Source of the DNA: Vermamoeba vermiformis
Lineage: Eukaryota
Length of the DNA stretch: 64,000 bases
Direction: 5' to 3'
Assembly: GCA_045837725.1 (NCBI GenBank)
Contig: JBEWZL010000178.1
Span: forward strand, 124,001-188,000
Shown in pieces: positions 13,361 through 24,861 of this stretch. The translations under genes and the position numbers were made by a program. Positions within the stretch are counted from its first letter, which is position 1. Each line of letters opens with the position of its first letter. Under the pieces are notes generated by a model. It worked only from the letters and a program-made list of their open reading frames with translations. It did no database searches and was not told the origin of the DNA.

Positions 13361-16300
13361 ATGCAATCTAGAGGCATTTCGTCCTCGAGGAGTGCCTTCG
13401 TTCGGTTTGATCGAGAACAGCGAACGGATGTGATCACCGCCGAAACTCGTCGAGCTGAATTCTCCTGCAATCCAACACATTATTTAACTGTTGGTATTGA
13501 ACATATATGGCAAAAAGTAGATACTGCACGCAAGCTAAAAAGAGCGATTGGTTCGGATTTGGATGTTACCGGTAAGACGGCCAAAATAATTTTTTCAAAT
13601 ATTCTATAATATTCCTATATTTATTTTTATTCATTTAATCTGAGTATTGGTTTCATTCCCAGCGTTGATTCAAATTTATCGATTTTTTCACAATTTCGGA
13701 ATTAGTGTGCTCCTTCTCGTCCAATAATTCCTGGTATTTATTAAATAATTTTTATTGCATTAGATAACGATGATGGATCAATCGTGCTCTTTCCTGAAAT
13801 GTCTTTATTGGCGAGCAGGTAAAACAAATCTCCATTGAAATACTCACAAATACGAATATGATTAAAACTGTAATCCAGTTCTATACTAAATTTAATAGCC
13901 ATAATAATGTTCAATATTTATCGTAGATTGTAAATCGAGACAGATTTTTCGTCAATTTTTCCGCCGCGAAAGAAAGACGATGATCAAGATAATTAATTTT
14001 GCTATTTTTAGGTATAAATATGCCGCTAAATTAGCACGAGGAACATTTTCAGTGCTTATTGCGGCCTATGACCTATTCTCACAAAAGGCCAATAAACAGC
14101 AACAGCCACAACTCGTCGCTATCAAAATTATGAACAAAGATTGCAATAAAATAGGCATACAAGTAAGATTAGCTATAATTAACATTATTTCAATTCAATT
14201 GATATTTTTTAAAAATATTTTAAGTATTTTTTTTCTGATTTTTTCTTCTTTATTATTAGGAAGCGCTTAGACTGCATGAAATTAATGCAACTGATAGTAA
14301 AAAGTTCAGCGGAGTCGTTAGATTACTTAATACGTTCCATTACAAGTCTCATTATTGTCTCGTTTTGGAGCTACTAAATTCAACGCTACAAAAATACAAA
14401 GACGAAAAGAAGCTGACAATGAAAGATATTCGGTGGATTGCATTTCAGTTATTAAGCACTGTTTCTTTCTTGCATTCAAACGAATATATTCACGCAGATC
14501 TCAAACCTGAAAATATTTTATTCGGATCCAGTACGTTACCAATAAGATTATGCTAACATTTAAATAATCACCACTAATATTATATCATATAGTCGGTGAT
14601 TCTTTATCGTTACAAAACAGCACATTGAAGCTAGTTGACTTTGGCAACACGATGAAAGTCTCAGAAACATCGTATTATTCCAACGCGAGAAATTTTGAAG
14701 TTCAAACTCTCCATTATCGTGCACCCGAGGTACGTGATTTATATGCGCATATTAGTAGGGCGATCGATTCGATTATAACTTTATGTAACAGCGGAATTTT
14801 TTTTTCCTTTTTTGGAAATTCGTTCGTAGGATAATATTGAGCTTACAAATCATTACAATGAACCTTATTAATATTCAAGAGTCTATTAACACCCGTAATA
14901 GCTTATTCTAGGCATCAATTTTGGCAAGCCAATTGATATTTGGTCGATTGGTTGTATTATCGCAGAGCTTGTAATCGGAGCACCTGTATTCGAGATATGT
15001 ACGACCCCACAAGAGCTGTTGCATTGTATAGTACAATTATTGGGACCGTTACCGCAAGCCAAGTATAAGAACGCCTGTTATTACAACGATTATTACGATT
15101 CGAGCGACTTTTTACGCGATTATAGTCCAAAGTAAGTACACTTATATCAATTTATTATTTAGTATTGAATTAAAATACCATTACTTCGCAATAATTGTTA
15201 CAGTTATCAAGACAATATGCAATTTAAATTAGTTTTTGTAACGGAAATTTTATTAATTTTATTTTCATTTTCAGTGAACGTTTAGAAGACTGGCCGTTAC
15301 ACAGCTACACCGATGAATCACTGTCCGTTAAATACAAGTACTGCCAAGCGTACAACAATTTGAAGAGTTTGTTGGCTACAGAAGACAGAGACTTTATTGA
15401 TTTAATGCTGGGTTTACTGGAAATTGATCCTGAAGAACGATTGACCGCCAAAGAAGCGTTGTTTCATCCATTTTTTGGACAATTAATGCCATTTGAATTG
15501 TGCATTGGTAGCGGCAACGGTACGTACAATTATATATAATAATACCGTTTTATTTGTTATTTTTATTTTAAGGTGATAGGCTAGCGTATCATAAGAGTTT
15601 GCTAACGAAATATTTCCTTTTTAGGCAATCTTTATTGCGAGCGATCGACGTGGAATAAAATAGTTAATCGAAGTTTGAAGAGAATGGAAGATATTGATAT
15701 GAATACTGATGCGAATACCTCAATAGTAAGTATACTCATATAGTATTTTTTAATGTGCCAGTATTAATTTTATTTTTGTTGTTAGTCTCGAGATAACCAC
15801 AGCGGATCTGATCTACAAAATATTTTGAACTCAAGGAACAAACAAGATACGACTCTGCCATTCGGGTTTGAAGCAGTACGTATTATAATAATGCCGATAT
15901 GCCTAAATTTAGTAATATTAATATCTTATGTTCAGCCCAAGCTCGATCTGTCGCCGATCAAGATCAGCAACAACAATAATCATAGCGATGATACTGCGAT
16001 GGCTATAGATACTATCGACGATCTTAAGAGCAGCACTGATAAGGACTTAGAGAATTTGCGACAAATTAACCAAAAAAGGCAATTACTGCGACAAAAATTG
16101 GCGGCAAAGAAAACCGGAGATAATACAGTTAGCAATACTACTGCTGCCTCTACGAAGAAAGAAGACGCTAAATCTCGTCAAATAAGCCCTGCGCCATCAA
16201 AAATGAGCGTTTCTTCAACGAATCCAGCAAATCGATACAAAAAGTATGATTACAGACGATTTGTTGGTATCGATACATCGTCAAGCGACAGCAGTAACCA

Positions 16301-16679
16301 TACTATTTTTCACAGTGATAATAGCTCGATGTCAGAAGGCGAATCAGCATATTTGGGTCCATCAGATCTGATCTTAAACGACTCTTTCGACGGATTAGAA
16401 ATTTTGACGATCGAATCTGAAGTTAAATCTGAACAAATTAAGGCAAAGACTACATCGCTTAGTAATTCTAGGAAGAGGCTCATGGAAGAACGAAATGAAG
16501 CCGAAGAACAAGCGAAGAAAAAACAAAGGTTATTGCCGCCAACAAATCCGCCGCCTGGATCCGCAAAACTAGGCGGAAGATCCATAGCCGTACCTCCTAA
16601 AGCAAGTAGCAAGTATGGATCGCCAAGTAACAACAATTCGGGCGCCTCAAAGTCGTCTTCGAAACCGACGAAAAAATAG
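13361..16679 (+). CDS. CMGC (DYRK/HIPK-like) Ser/Thr protein kinase with low-complexity C-terminal tail; multi-exon
   Basis: LARGTFS, VAIK, IHADLKPENILF, DFG, VQTLHYRAPE, DIWSIGCI. Start codon uncertain. Confidence 0.88.
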
Positions 16680-16999
16680 AATTCTTATTTATTGAAAATG
16701 TGTACAGTGTAAATTAAAATGGCATTAATGGTATAGAGTAGATTTATATAATTTAGTATTAATGCACTATAGAGTCCTCTTACAATTACATTTTTGACAC
16801 CTGTAACGTTTAGATGCGAAGAGCCTTTTAGTAACTTGTGGTGCTCCCTTTAAAATGTCATGGTTGTAGACTGTGCGTTCTTTCTTTATTCTGAAGCTTA
16901 CAGATTTCATCAGGTACCTCCGTGTCCTTCTGATATTTTTCGCTTAACGCTAAATTATTTATCTTCCTGTCAAGATCGGCAAACCATCACAAAGGAGTA

Positions 17000-19720
17000 A
17001 TGGAAAAGCCAGGCAAAAAAGGTAATATTAAGCGATATCACTTTCTCTGCCTCTCTAGGCTGCTAATTGTCAGAGATCTAACGCAATTTGACGCCAAAAC
17101 GTAAATTCGTTAGGCTCCCCCCAAATTTATGATCCTTTATCGATCCATTAATTTGTCGCATAATTATTTTTAATATTAATGTGCCTTAAGGCTATTTTTC
17201 TCTCGCGCGCATCTCTACGTCCACATCTAAAAATTTGGAATTCAAAATTCGTAATTATCGAAACCCTTTTGCATTAATCTACAATAATACGATGTATATA
17301 TATTAATTTTTTCAACAGATACCAGCCCCACTTCAATTTTCAAAGGCAAAAGCAAAATCTTGTTTGCCGTTGATTACAGTGGCTCAACAGGCGGCAGTGG
17401 CAAATATTGGAACGGCGTTTTAGGCGTTTTAAGTCGCGTCTCGGAAGAAAAAGACGTCTCATATTTGCTTTGGGACGATGGCGCTTTCCATTGCGATTTT
17501 TATACCATGAACGAATTTTGCTTTCGCAAACGAGGCATGGGCGGAACAGATCCGGCAGTCGTCGCATCGCATATTACGAAAAACTTTAATAATAACGAGC
17601 CAGTGACGTTATATCTCTTCAGCGATGGTCAAGTCAGCGCATCCAGCGTCGAAAAATGCGACACCATTTTGAAGAACAGCAACGTTACCTTTGCAAAAGT
17701 TTATGTCTATATTTGGAATACAGGCGGTGCAGTCAATTTATCGGTGTCAGCTCCGTTCACCAGATCCTGCGAATTCGAGATCCATGTTGAAGGACAAAAT
17801 CTTGCTGGTGGAGATTCAAAGATGGCTCTTGATAATAACAATTTAAAGCAATGGGAAGACGTGGATTATTTCTTGGAAAATTACGAAAAGCTCCAATCAG
17901 CAATTACCATGCAAAATCTCGGAAGAATGAATAACGAATTACGCAACGCGTTGTTAGAATTGAAGAAGAAATTAATTGCTAATTATATGAAGAAATCTAA
18001 TGTCAATTCGACTGATCATCCGCTCATTCAATCATTGGACAAAAAAGATTATGCAAAGGCAATTAAAGAAGTCAATTCGCTCGTCATTTCTTATCAAAAT
18101 CAAATGAACGGACCGAAAGTCATCGAAAAGGCTATTCAAGATATGATAGTAGCATGCACTTCACCCGGAAATTTCAGTTTTGATTTAATCAAATCAGCTC
18201 GCGCTCAACGCGCCGAATCCGTTACCAACATCCAGCCGGATCAGATCGAAGAAGTTTTGGCCAATGAAAAGACATTCGAATGTCCTATTACTTATGATAA
18301 CGACGTTCCTGCTATTCTCGTCGTTCAGCCAAACCGACCAATCCTTGCAGACGTTGATGCAAATATCGTCGATGACATTATCAATTGTCCGCTTAATCTC
18401 TGGAAATACGAAGATCTCGTCGCAAAAGTTGCATCGTACTTGGACCACCCTGTCGGCTGTCAATCGATGAAAGGCGGAATATTCCGAAATTCTCCGATGA
18501 CCCGTCGTCCGTTGCTCGGAGCAATCACGCTTGGCGCAGCTGAAGACCACTGCAAAGCTACGAACTGGACCTTGGCGCAACTTTTTTCAGGAGGAAAATT
18601 GCTCGGCAACCCTGATTTATGGACCTTATTAGTATACTACATTACTAGAACCCGAGTTGGATTTTTGAAAGAGAACGTGGATCTGATGAACAGTTTTTGC
18701 CACCACTTGAAATTTCGCTTGCGCAATCACAACACGAATCTCGGTCTCTCAGGCTTGCCAGATTTTCCGCTCGTGAAAGTTCCCGTTGGCGTTGCTCTCT
18801 GGTACTGCGTTGCTTCGGCGGATTTATTCGCGGAAAAAAACGTGGCTCAAGATCGATTACGAGCCTTCGGACAAATCGGAGAAATTTTCTTGCATATTCT
18901 CGATGTGCTGGAATTTCCGTATAAGAAGGAATACACGCAAGATCGACTTAATATATTGCGCGTATTCTATTGGATGATGTCGATGAAATTGAACAAACAG
19001 AAGTTATTGGATCTGCTCCGATCTTATTACCAGAACTACATCTACTTGGCCAGCAAAGATAGATTTGTTTTCTTGGACGGTCCAGCCTCCGAAATTCGCA
19101 AAGAAGGAATTCCCTGCGTGCCCGAATTTGCCAAAGATATTCCGCTGGAGATTTTGATCACCATCGCTAATCTCGTGGATCCAGGCAAAAAGAATTCCGA
19201 CGTCATTATTGAAAAGCACGTGGCACCTACTCGCGTTCATTTTAAGCGAAATTATGGATACCCTGCCGGCTTGCCTAAAGAGGAAATTGCGAAAAAGTTG
19301 GATCAAGTCAAGATCTGCCCGGCAACTATGCGACCTTATTACACAGACCCTGTTAAGAAGAAACAATGGGACATTTGTCTTAAAGAAGTATGGAACGTGC
19401 CACCTGCAAATATGCTCAGTTTACGAAATTACGCGAACAAGTACGTCGTCGAAATGAAGAAATTTCCGCACAAAAAAGACGATTTTTACGCGTACTTATA
19501 CGACAAACAATGCAAGAAAGAAGTTCATGCCAAAGATACTCTGCCAGAATACATCGAACAATTCGTATCAAATCTGTTTGTCGTTATGAACGATGCAATT
19601 AAGGCCTATGAAGCCAAACATAATGTCAAAATGACGCCAAAATTGTACAAACAACTCGTTGAAGCTAGTCGAAAGACTGAAGACCGCAAACGATTAGAGC
19701 GCCAATGGAACTCGTCATGA
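17000..19720 (+). CDS. VWA-domain protein resembling baculovirus p94 (Ac134 family), ~808 aa
   Basis: Exon 1 at 17000..17021, intron 17022..17318, then a 2.4-kb exon. MIDAS-like DYSGST, GGT and FSDG; further motifs SPMTRRP, PLVKVPVGVALWY and TMRP match my recollection of p94. Confidence 0.7.
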
Positions 19721-19935
19721 GCTCTAGGCATAATAAAAACATTATGATAGGTTTCTTGTAAACTCTTTATCTTGTCATTTAATACAACGAGAAGCAAATT
19801 CAATATTTTTTGCCTAAATAGGCAATTGAGTTTGATTCGCGGAGAATTTTTTAGTCGATCGTATTTCAGCTGGTAAGTTGACGAAATGATTTATAGGGCA
19901 TATTTTGAGTGATATTTGGGTATCTTTAGTGCACT

Positions 19936-21570
19936 TCACTCTTCTGTAATGATCGTCATCTTTTGACGTCGTGGCAAACGATTCAAAATGTCAAGGTTAA
20001 TTGTACTTATTTTCTGTCGGAAATCTAAACGCGTGAGCCTTTGAAGGCCTGTCAACGCAAGTATCTGATTGTTTGAGGTGAAACGCAAACTGAGCTCGCG
20101 AATTTTTTGCAATTTGGCGAGCTCATTGGCCGGTATTGTGGCACCTCGACCGGAGCACGTCAAGGAGGTCAGTTTGATAAAATTGGATAAAAATGAATAG
20201 TCTGTCGCTGATCCAATTCTCATTCTTCTTAATTTGGTAAGATTGGGTAATGGATTAATAGCTCCGTATACTTCTAACGACGTTAAATGGATCAAGCTGG
20301 TCAGATCCATGGGTACTCCGTTGTTGCTAAATGTCAACTCTAAGTTCTCTAAAGATGTTAAATGACTAGCCCAGCTCATATCCATATCACGCCAATCCGT
20401 TCTTACTGTCAATGACTTCAGCTGCGATAAACTGACTAAAGCATTCGTCAAATTTTGTGGTTTTGCATTCGGTACGATGATCAGCTGTAAATTCCGTATA
20501 TTTGTGAATGAATATATTCTACTGTTAATAAAATCTTCATCTATTCCAAAAGCTAATCGCGTCAAAGTGTCCGGATTCAAATAATCCAAAAAATCTCCAT
20601 AGTAGCCGCTATTCTCAGCAAAAGTATTCCATTGAAATGAATTCAGCTGCTTCATATTTGATAATATCGATAATGAATTTTCGGGGAAACGACAAGAATA
20701 TCCCAAGGTGAGTTCTCGTAGATTCGTTGCTGAGCGGATAGTATCCAAATTTTGGGCTCGATTGATCTTCAATTTGGTGAGTTGGGGGCAATTATCAATG
20801 CAACTTTCTTCATTTAATTTTAGGATTTCCATATTTGGAAGCACTGTGTTCTTGTATTGATCAATGCTAGGAAGGTGCAGCACTCGCAGATCTTTAATGA
20901 AGTCAATGCCGTTCGGTGCTGTCAAAACGCCATTAAATTTGAACGCTGATAATTTTGGTGTTCTTGGGAGAATATTGATTCTCTTTGTAACCGCCAAATA
21001 CTCCAGATTCGGAAAACTGTTTGGATCCGAAAATTCAATTAACGCCTCCAAGTATGTCAGACGAGGTAGGACTACAGTTGTGAACAGTTTTAAATGAGGT
21101 GCTGCAATTCGTTGTAGATTGGTTAGCTGATCCAGACGAATAGGTGCCAACTCGTTTACAACACTGTTCCTCGCTAGACTAGTAAAAGACAGATCTAATG
21201 AAACCATGTTCGTTAAGTTTGCTAATAGATCTTCATAACATCTGGATGCCAGTACATTGGTATGAATTGTCAAACTGAAAGATTGTGCGCATCTGCCAAA
21301 CGTTTCGGAGATGGGCTGCATTTCATTTCGGCGTGGCCAATAAATATCAAAATCAGCTTGGCCAATAAATTTTGCCCATTTTTTGCACACTGCTCGTGCT
21401 AGTCGTTTTCGTTTATTCGATTTGAGGAATGACAGTGTCAACTCGATCAGCTCGTTTGGAAAATCATTAAATAATATCTGTGCAATTGATTAATTCGTGC
21501 TCTGAAATAAACTACCTAGAATAAATAACGAAAATGTTTTTAATCTGAAAAGGCTGGGTACCTGATCCAT
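19936..21570 (-). CDS. F-box plus leucine-rich-repeat protein
   Basis: Micro-exon MDQ and intron 21478..21561, then ILFNDFPNELIELTLSFL...RAVCKKW (F-box) and repeated LxxLxxL units. Confidence 0.88.
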
Positions 21571-21900
21571 TATCAAGAAGCTTTATACTGAAGTTAATTC
21601 TATTCTATTTCAATGCTTTATATATGCTTGGTTGTTGAGGCTGTCTCGTCAATTTTATTTATTCTACGACGATGTGACGGCGTGTACACACTTTGTTTTC
21701 TGGGAACCACGGTTGTGACCGTGTGTGTATTCTCCAGATGCTGTGATCATTAAAAAGGAGAACAATGAGTGTTCAATCGTACGAAAATAAGATCTTTACA
21801 AAATTGACAAGATTTCAGCCCAGATTTCGTTCGACCAGATTCGCAGTAACTTTAAATCGAACAATGAACAATCAATAACCACAATTGAATATTAATTATT

Positions 21901-24763
21901 ATGGAACATAAGAAAAACGGAAAGATGAAGAAGCACCGCTTCTGCTCTTGGTGCTTTAAAAAGACAGATCACCGATTGAAAGAGGAACATATGATTGGAC
22001 GTGATATGTACGAGTGCCTTAATTGCTTTGGCAATGTATGCGAGTGCATTAGCTGCGAAGGTAATTATGAGTTGAAATTACTAAAAATCGAAAAATTTTC
22101 AATAAAATCTTTATTTAATTCCTTAATATTGATATGTATTACTGATAATATGACTCTATTTATTTCATATTGGAAAATTAATAATATTTATGTTGCTTGT
22201 TATGCAATAATAAATCAATTTTCGCGAAACTTTCGGTGATTCGGCGGTGGTTGCCTCTGCATGTATTGACATAAATAAAATTTCATAGGCATGGCAAGAC
22301 GATACGACGATAAATCCGCCGATAAACTTTGCTTCAAGTGCGATCCCAGATTCACAAGTACGTAACCGATCTACCGTCACGACGCCGTCGTTACTTACCA
22401 TTTATCAATATTTGCAGATGAGGACGAAGAGTCGCTGAGCGAAATGGGCTGGTGCTCGTGGTGTTTATTGCACACTCAGCAGATCTTGGTTCAACCCAGT
22501 CTCATCACGCGCAACGTGTACAAATGCAGTCACTGTCACAGACGAACATTGTCTTGCAGAAGTACGTCAACACGATGTTATTTATATAGGTCCCGGTCAT
22601 AACTCATTCCATCTCCTTTTAGGCTGTCGTGAAGGATTTGTGCGTGGCCACGGGTCTTACGATGACCAGGTACGCACGGAATATTTTATTCGTTAACGAA
22701 GTTGCTAATGACCTAATGCAGTTATGCCTCAAATGCGACGGAACTATTGAGCACTGGCACGAGAGAGAACTCAATTTCCAAAAGTTGTCACGTCCTGGCT
22801 GGTGTTCGTGGTGCCTCGATTACAGCCGTCATCAGTTGGAACAAGTAAGCACTTTGGATAATAATCTATTCGTTATTAATTGCTAAATCACCTCAGGTCA
22901 ACCAAGTACGTCGCAGTGTGTACATGTGCATTCAATGTCAAAACCGCACGCTGCCGTGTAACTCGTGCAACATTGGAATGACACGCGGCGGCGCAGGATG
23001 GGACGACGATAATTGTAGCGTTTGCACTGAGGACTATAAGCATCAAGGCAAAAACCACCCTGAAATCTTCGACAAAGCAACTCCAAACGAGGTCAGTTTT
23101 TGACACGTGGTGCCGTTCATTTACCTCAAGGCACGTGTAGCTAACATACCTTTGCAGATGCAAGATGACGTAAAGAAAGCATTCGAGATTGCAACGGATA
23201 TCGACAAGAACTACTTCCTGAAGTGGCTGTTGATGCAAGCTAGGAAAGATGTCATGGTCAAACAGAGCAGAACTGAAGAGCTTGTGCGCAAGGAGATGGT
23301 AAGCATCGTAGCTCAAAAACGCTTTACAGATAGACGAAAATTTGTCGCGAGATTTGAGTTGTCCGGCTGAGAAAGGGCACAGAGAACATTTTTCGTTTAG
23401 TCTAGTGGTCGGGACATGGTTTTTTTTTCAGGACGGAGCATCAAGCACCTATGGCCGAGTTGGTCTAAGGCGTTAGACTCAAGTTCTAATGGGGGTAACT
23501 CCGCGTGGGTTCGAATCCCACTGGGTGCAAGCAATTAATTTTTTTTTTTGCCTTCGCTCCCTTCCTCATGCTCTGTTTTGTTTGTCTTCTTGCTTAGCGA
23601 AGCACTGGGTGCAAACGAATATATTATTTTTTTCCCTCGCACTCAACTTGAGCGGATCTGTCGTTTTGTTGACTGGCTTGCGTTAGTGACTGACAGTTTT
23701 CTTAGGCCAGACATTCCGAGTTCCGTGATCTTGCTGCGCAATCAGGCATGGTTAGGCCGTTCTTGATCTTAGTAGCCATGCCCGCGTTCTTCAGAAACAA
23801 AGTCGCGAACTTTTTGGGTTGGACGCTCTTCACGCAACGTAAGTTCCAATTGGGCCTATTGTTTCGTCTTTATTATTAACGTACAACATTTACAGCCTAC
23901 TTTGGAGACGCTCATGAAGAAGCTTGGGTGATTTTATCCAAAGACATGTCAGGCATGATGTCACGAGCAATCAAAGCCTACGAACGCATCGCATTGCTGA
24001 ACCGTATGCCATGGTACGTCCTACCTATCAAGTAGATGTAACTTTTTGACTCATTTGTGACGTCAGGTACAATGTGGTTTATCGAGTGACAGCTGAAATC
24101 TTCCGACGGGTTGATGCTCCTGAAATGGACTACGACGATGCCGTTAAGATCTCTAACCTGCGTAATAACGATTACATGAAGAACATTGAACAAGAGTTCT
24201 TGTTGAAGTTAGGCGAGTTGCAACAACGCGTAAGTGTCAAAAGTCATTCGTGTCAAAATCCGTCTAATTCTAATTTTGATTGACAGACTGCTCAAATGCC
24301 CGACAAAGTGCCCAAGACTCAAGCCGAGATTGAGGCCGATGAAATCATTCGCGAACGAGTCATTAAGAACGCGGGTATTAATAGACCTGAAGTACTCAAC
24401 TATGCCGTTCGGTTGACTAAGACGATTGTTGGTGCTCCCGGTCAATTGACTCTTGCTGTATTTGCTGTCAACACTGCTGCCACGATCCTTCCTGCCCTCT
24501 CTGGCGTAGCCGTAAGTAATTTAGTGTCACTTGTCATACGCTACAATACTTAGTTACGATGTTATCAGGTGCCGCTCACGTCAGCCGCAGCGTTAGTTAC
24601 AACTCCTCTGTTCATCATCGGTATCTTCAGCTTGATCAAAGACGCAATCACGTTAGGTCTCGGCAGCTCCGAAGGCCGATTGTTCGGTCCTTTGATGGTG
24701 ATTATGAACCAAAAGATCTTGTTGGCCGTTGAAGGCATTGATGTTGAAGACTTCATGCCCTAA
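21901..24763 (+). CDS. Uncharacterised protein with three 8-Cys (CxxC x4) repeats and a hydrophobic C-terminal domain; multi-exon
   Basis: Repeats begin FCSWC, GWCSWC, GWCSWC; the exons I joined have in-frame GT-AG junctions. Confidence 0.75.
23345..23633 (+). repeat. Copy 1 of a ~290-nt tRNA-Leu-containing intronic module
   Basis: Near-identical to the reverse complement of 26458..26750. Confidence 0.95.
23445..23529 (+). tRNA. trnL-CAA: tRNA-Leu(CAA), inside intron 23299..23705
   Basis: Acceptor stem GCACCTA/TGGGTGC, anticodon arm TTAGA-CTCAAGT-TCTAA, long variable arm, GGTTCGAATCC B-box, downstream T-run. Confidence 0.97.
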
Positions 24764-24861
24764 GATAAAAAACAGTCTTCTCTTGTAAATAGAGGTTTAT
24801 TATCGAAGCAATAAACTCTTTCTTGTAACTAGAAGTTAGTGTTGTGTGGTAGCAGATCCGC

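Noticed and set aside
16991-17002. Shine-Dalgarno-like AAGGAG before the p94-like ATG
   Set aside because: Only 2 nt from the ATG and the gene is spliced; probably chance.
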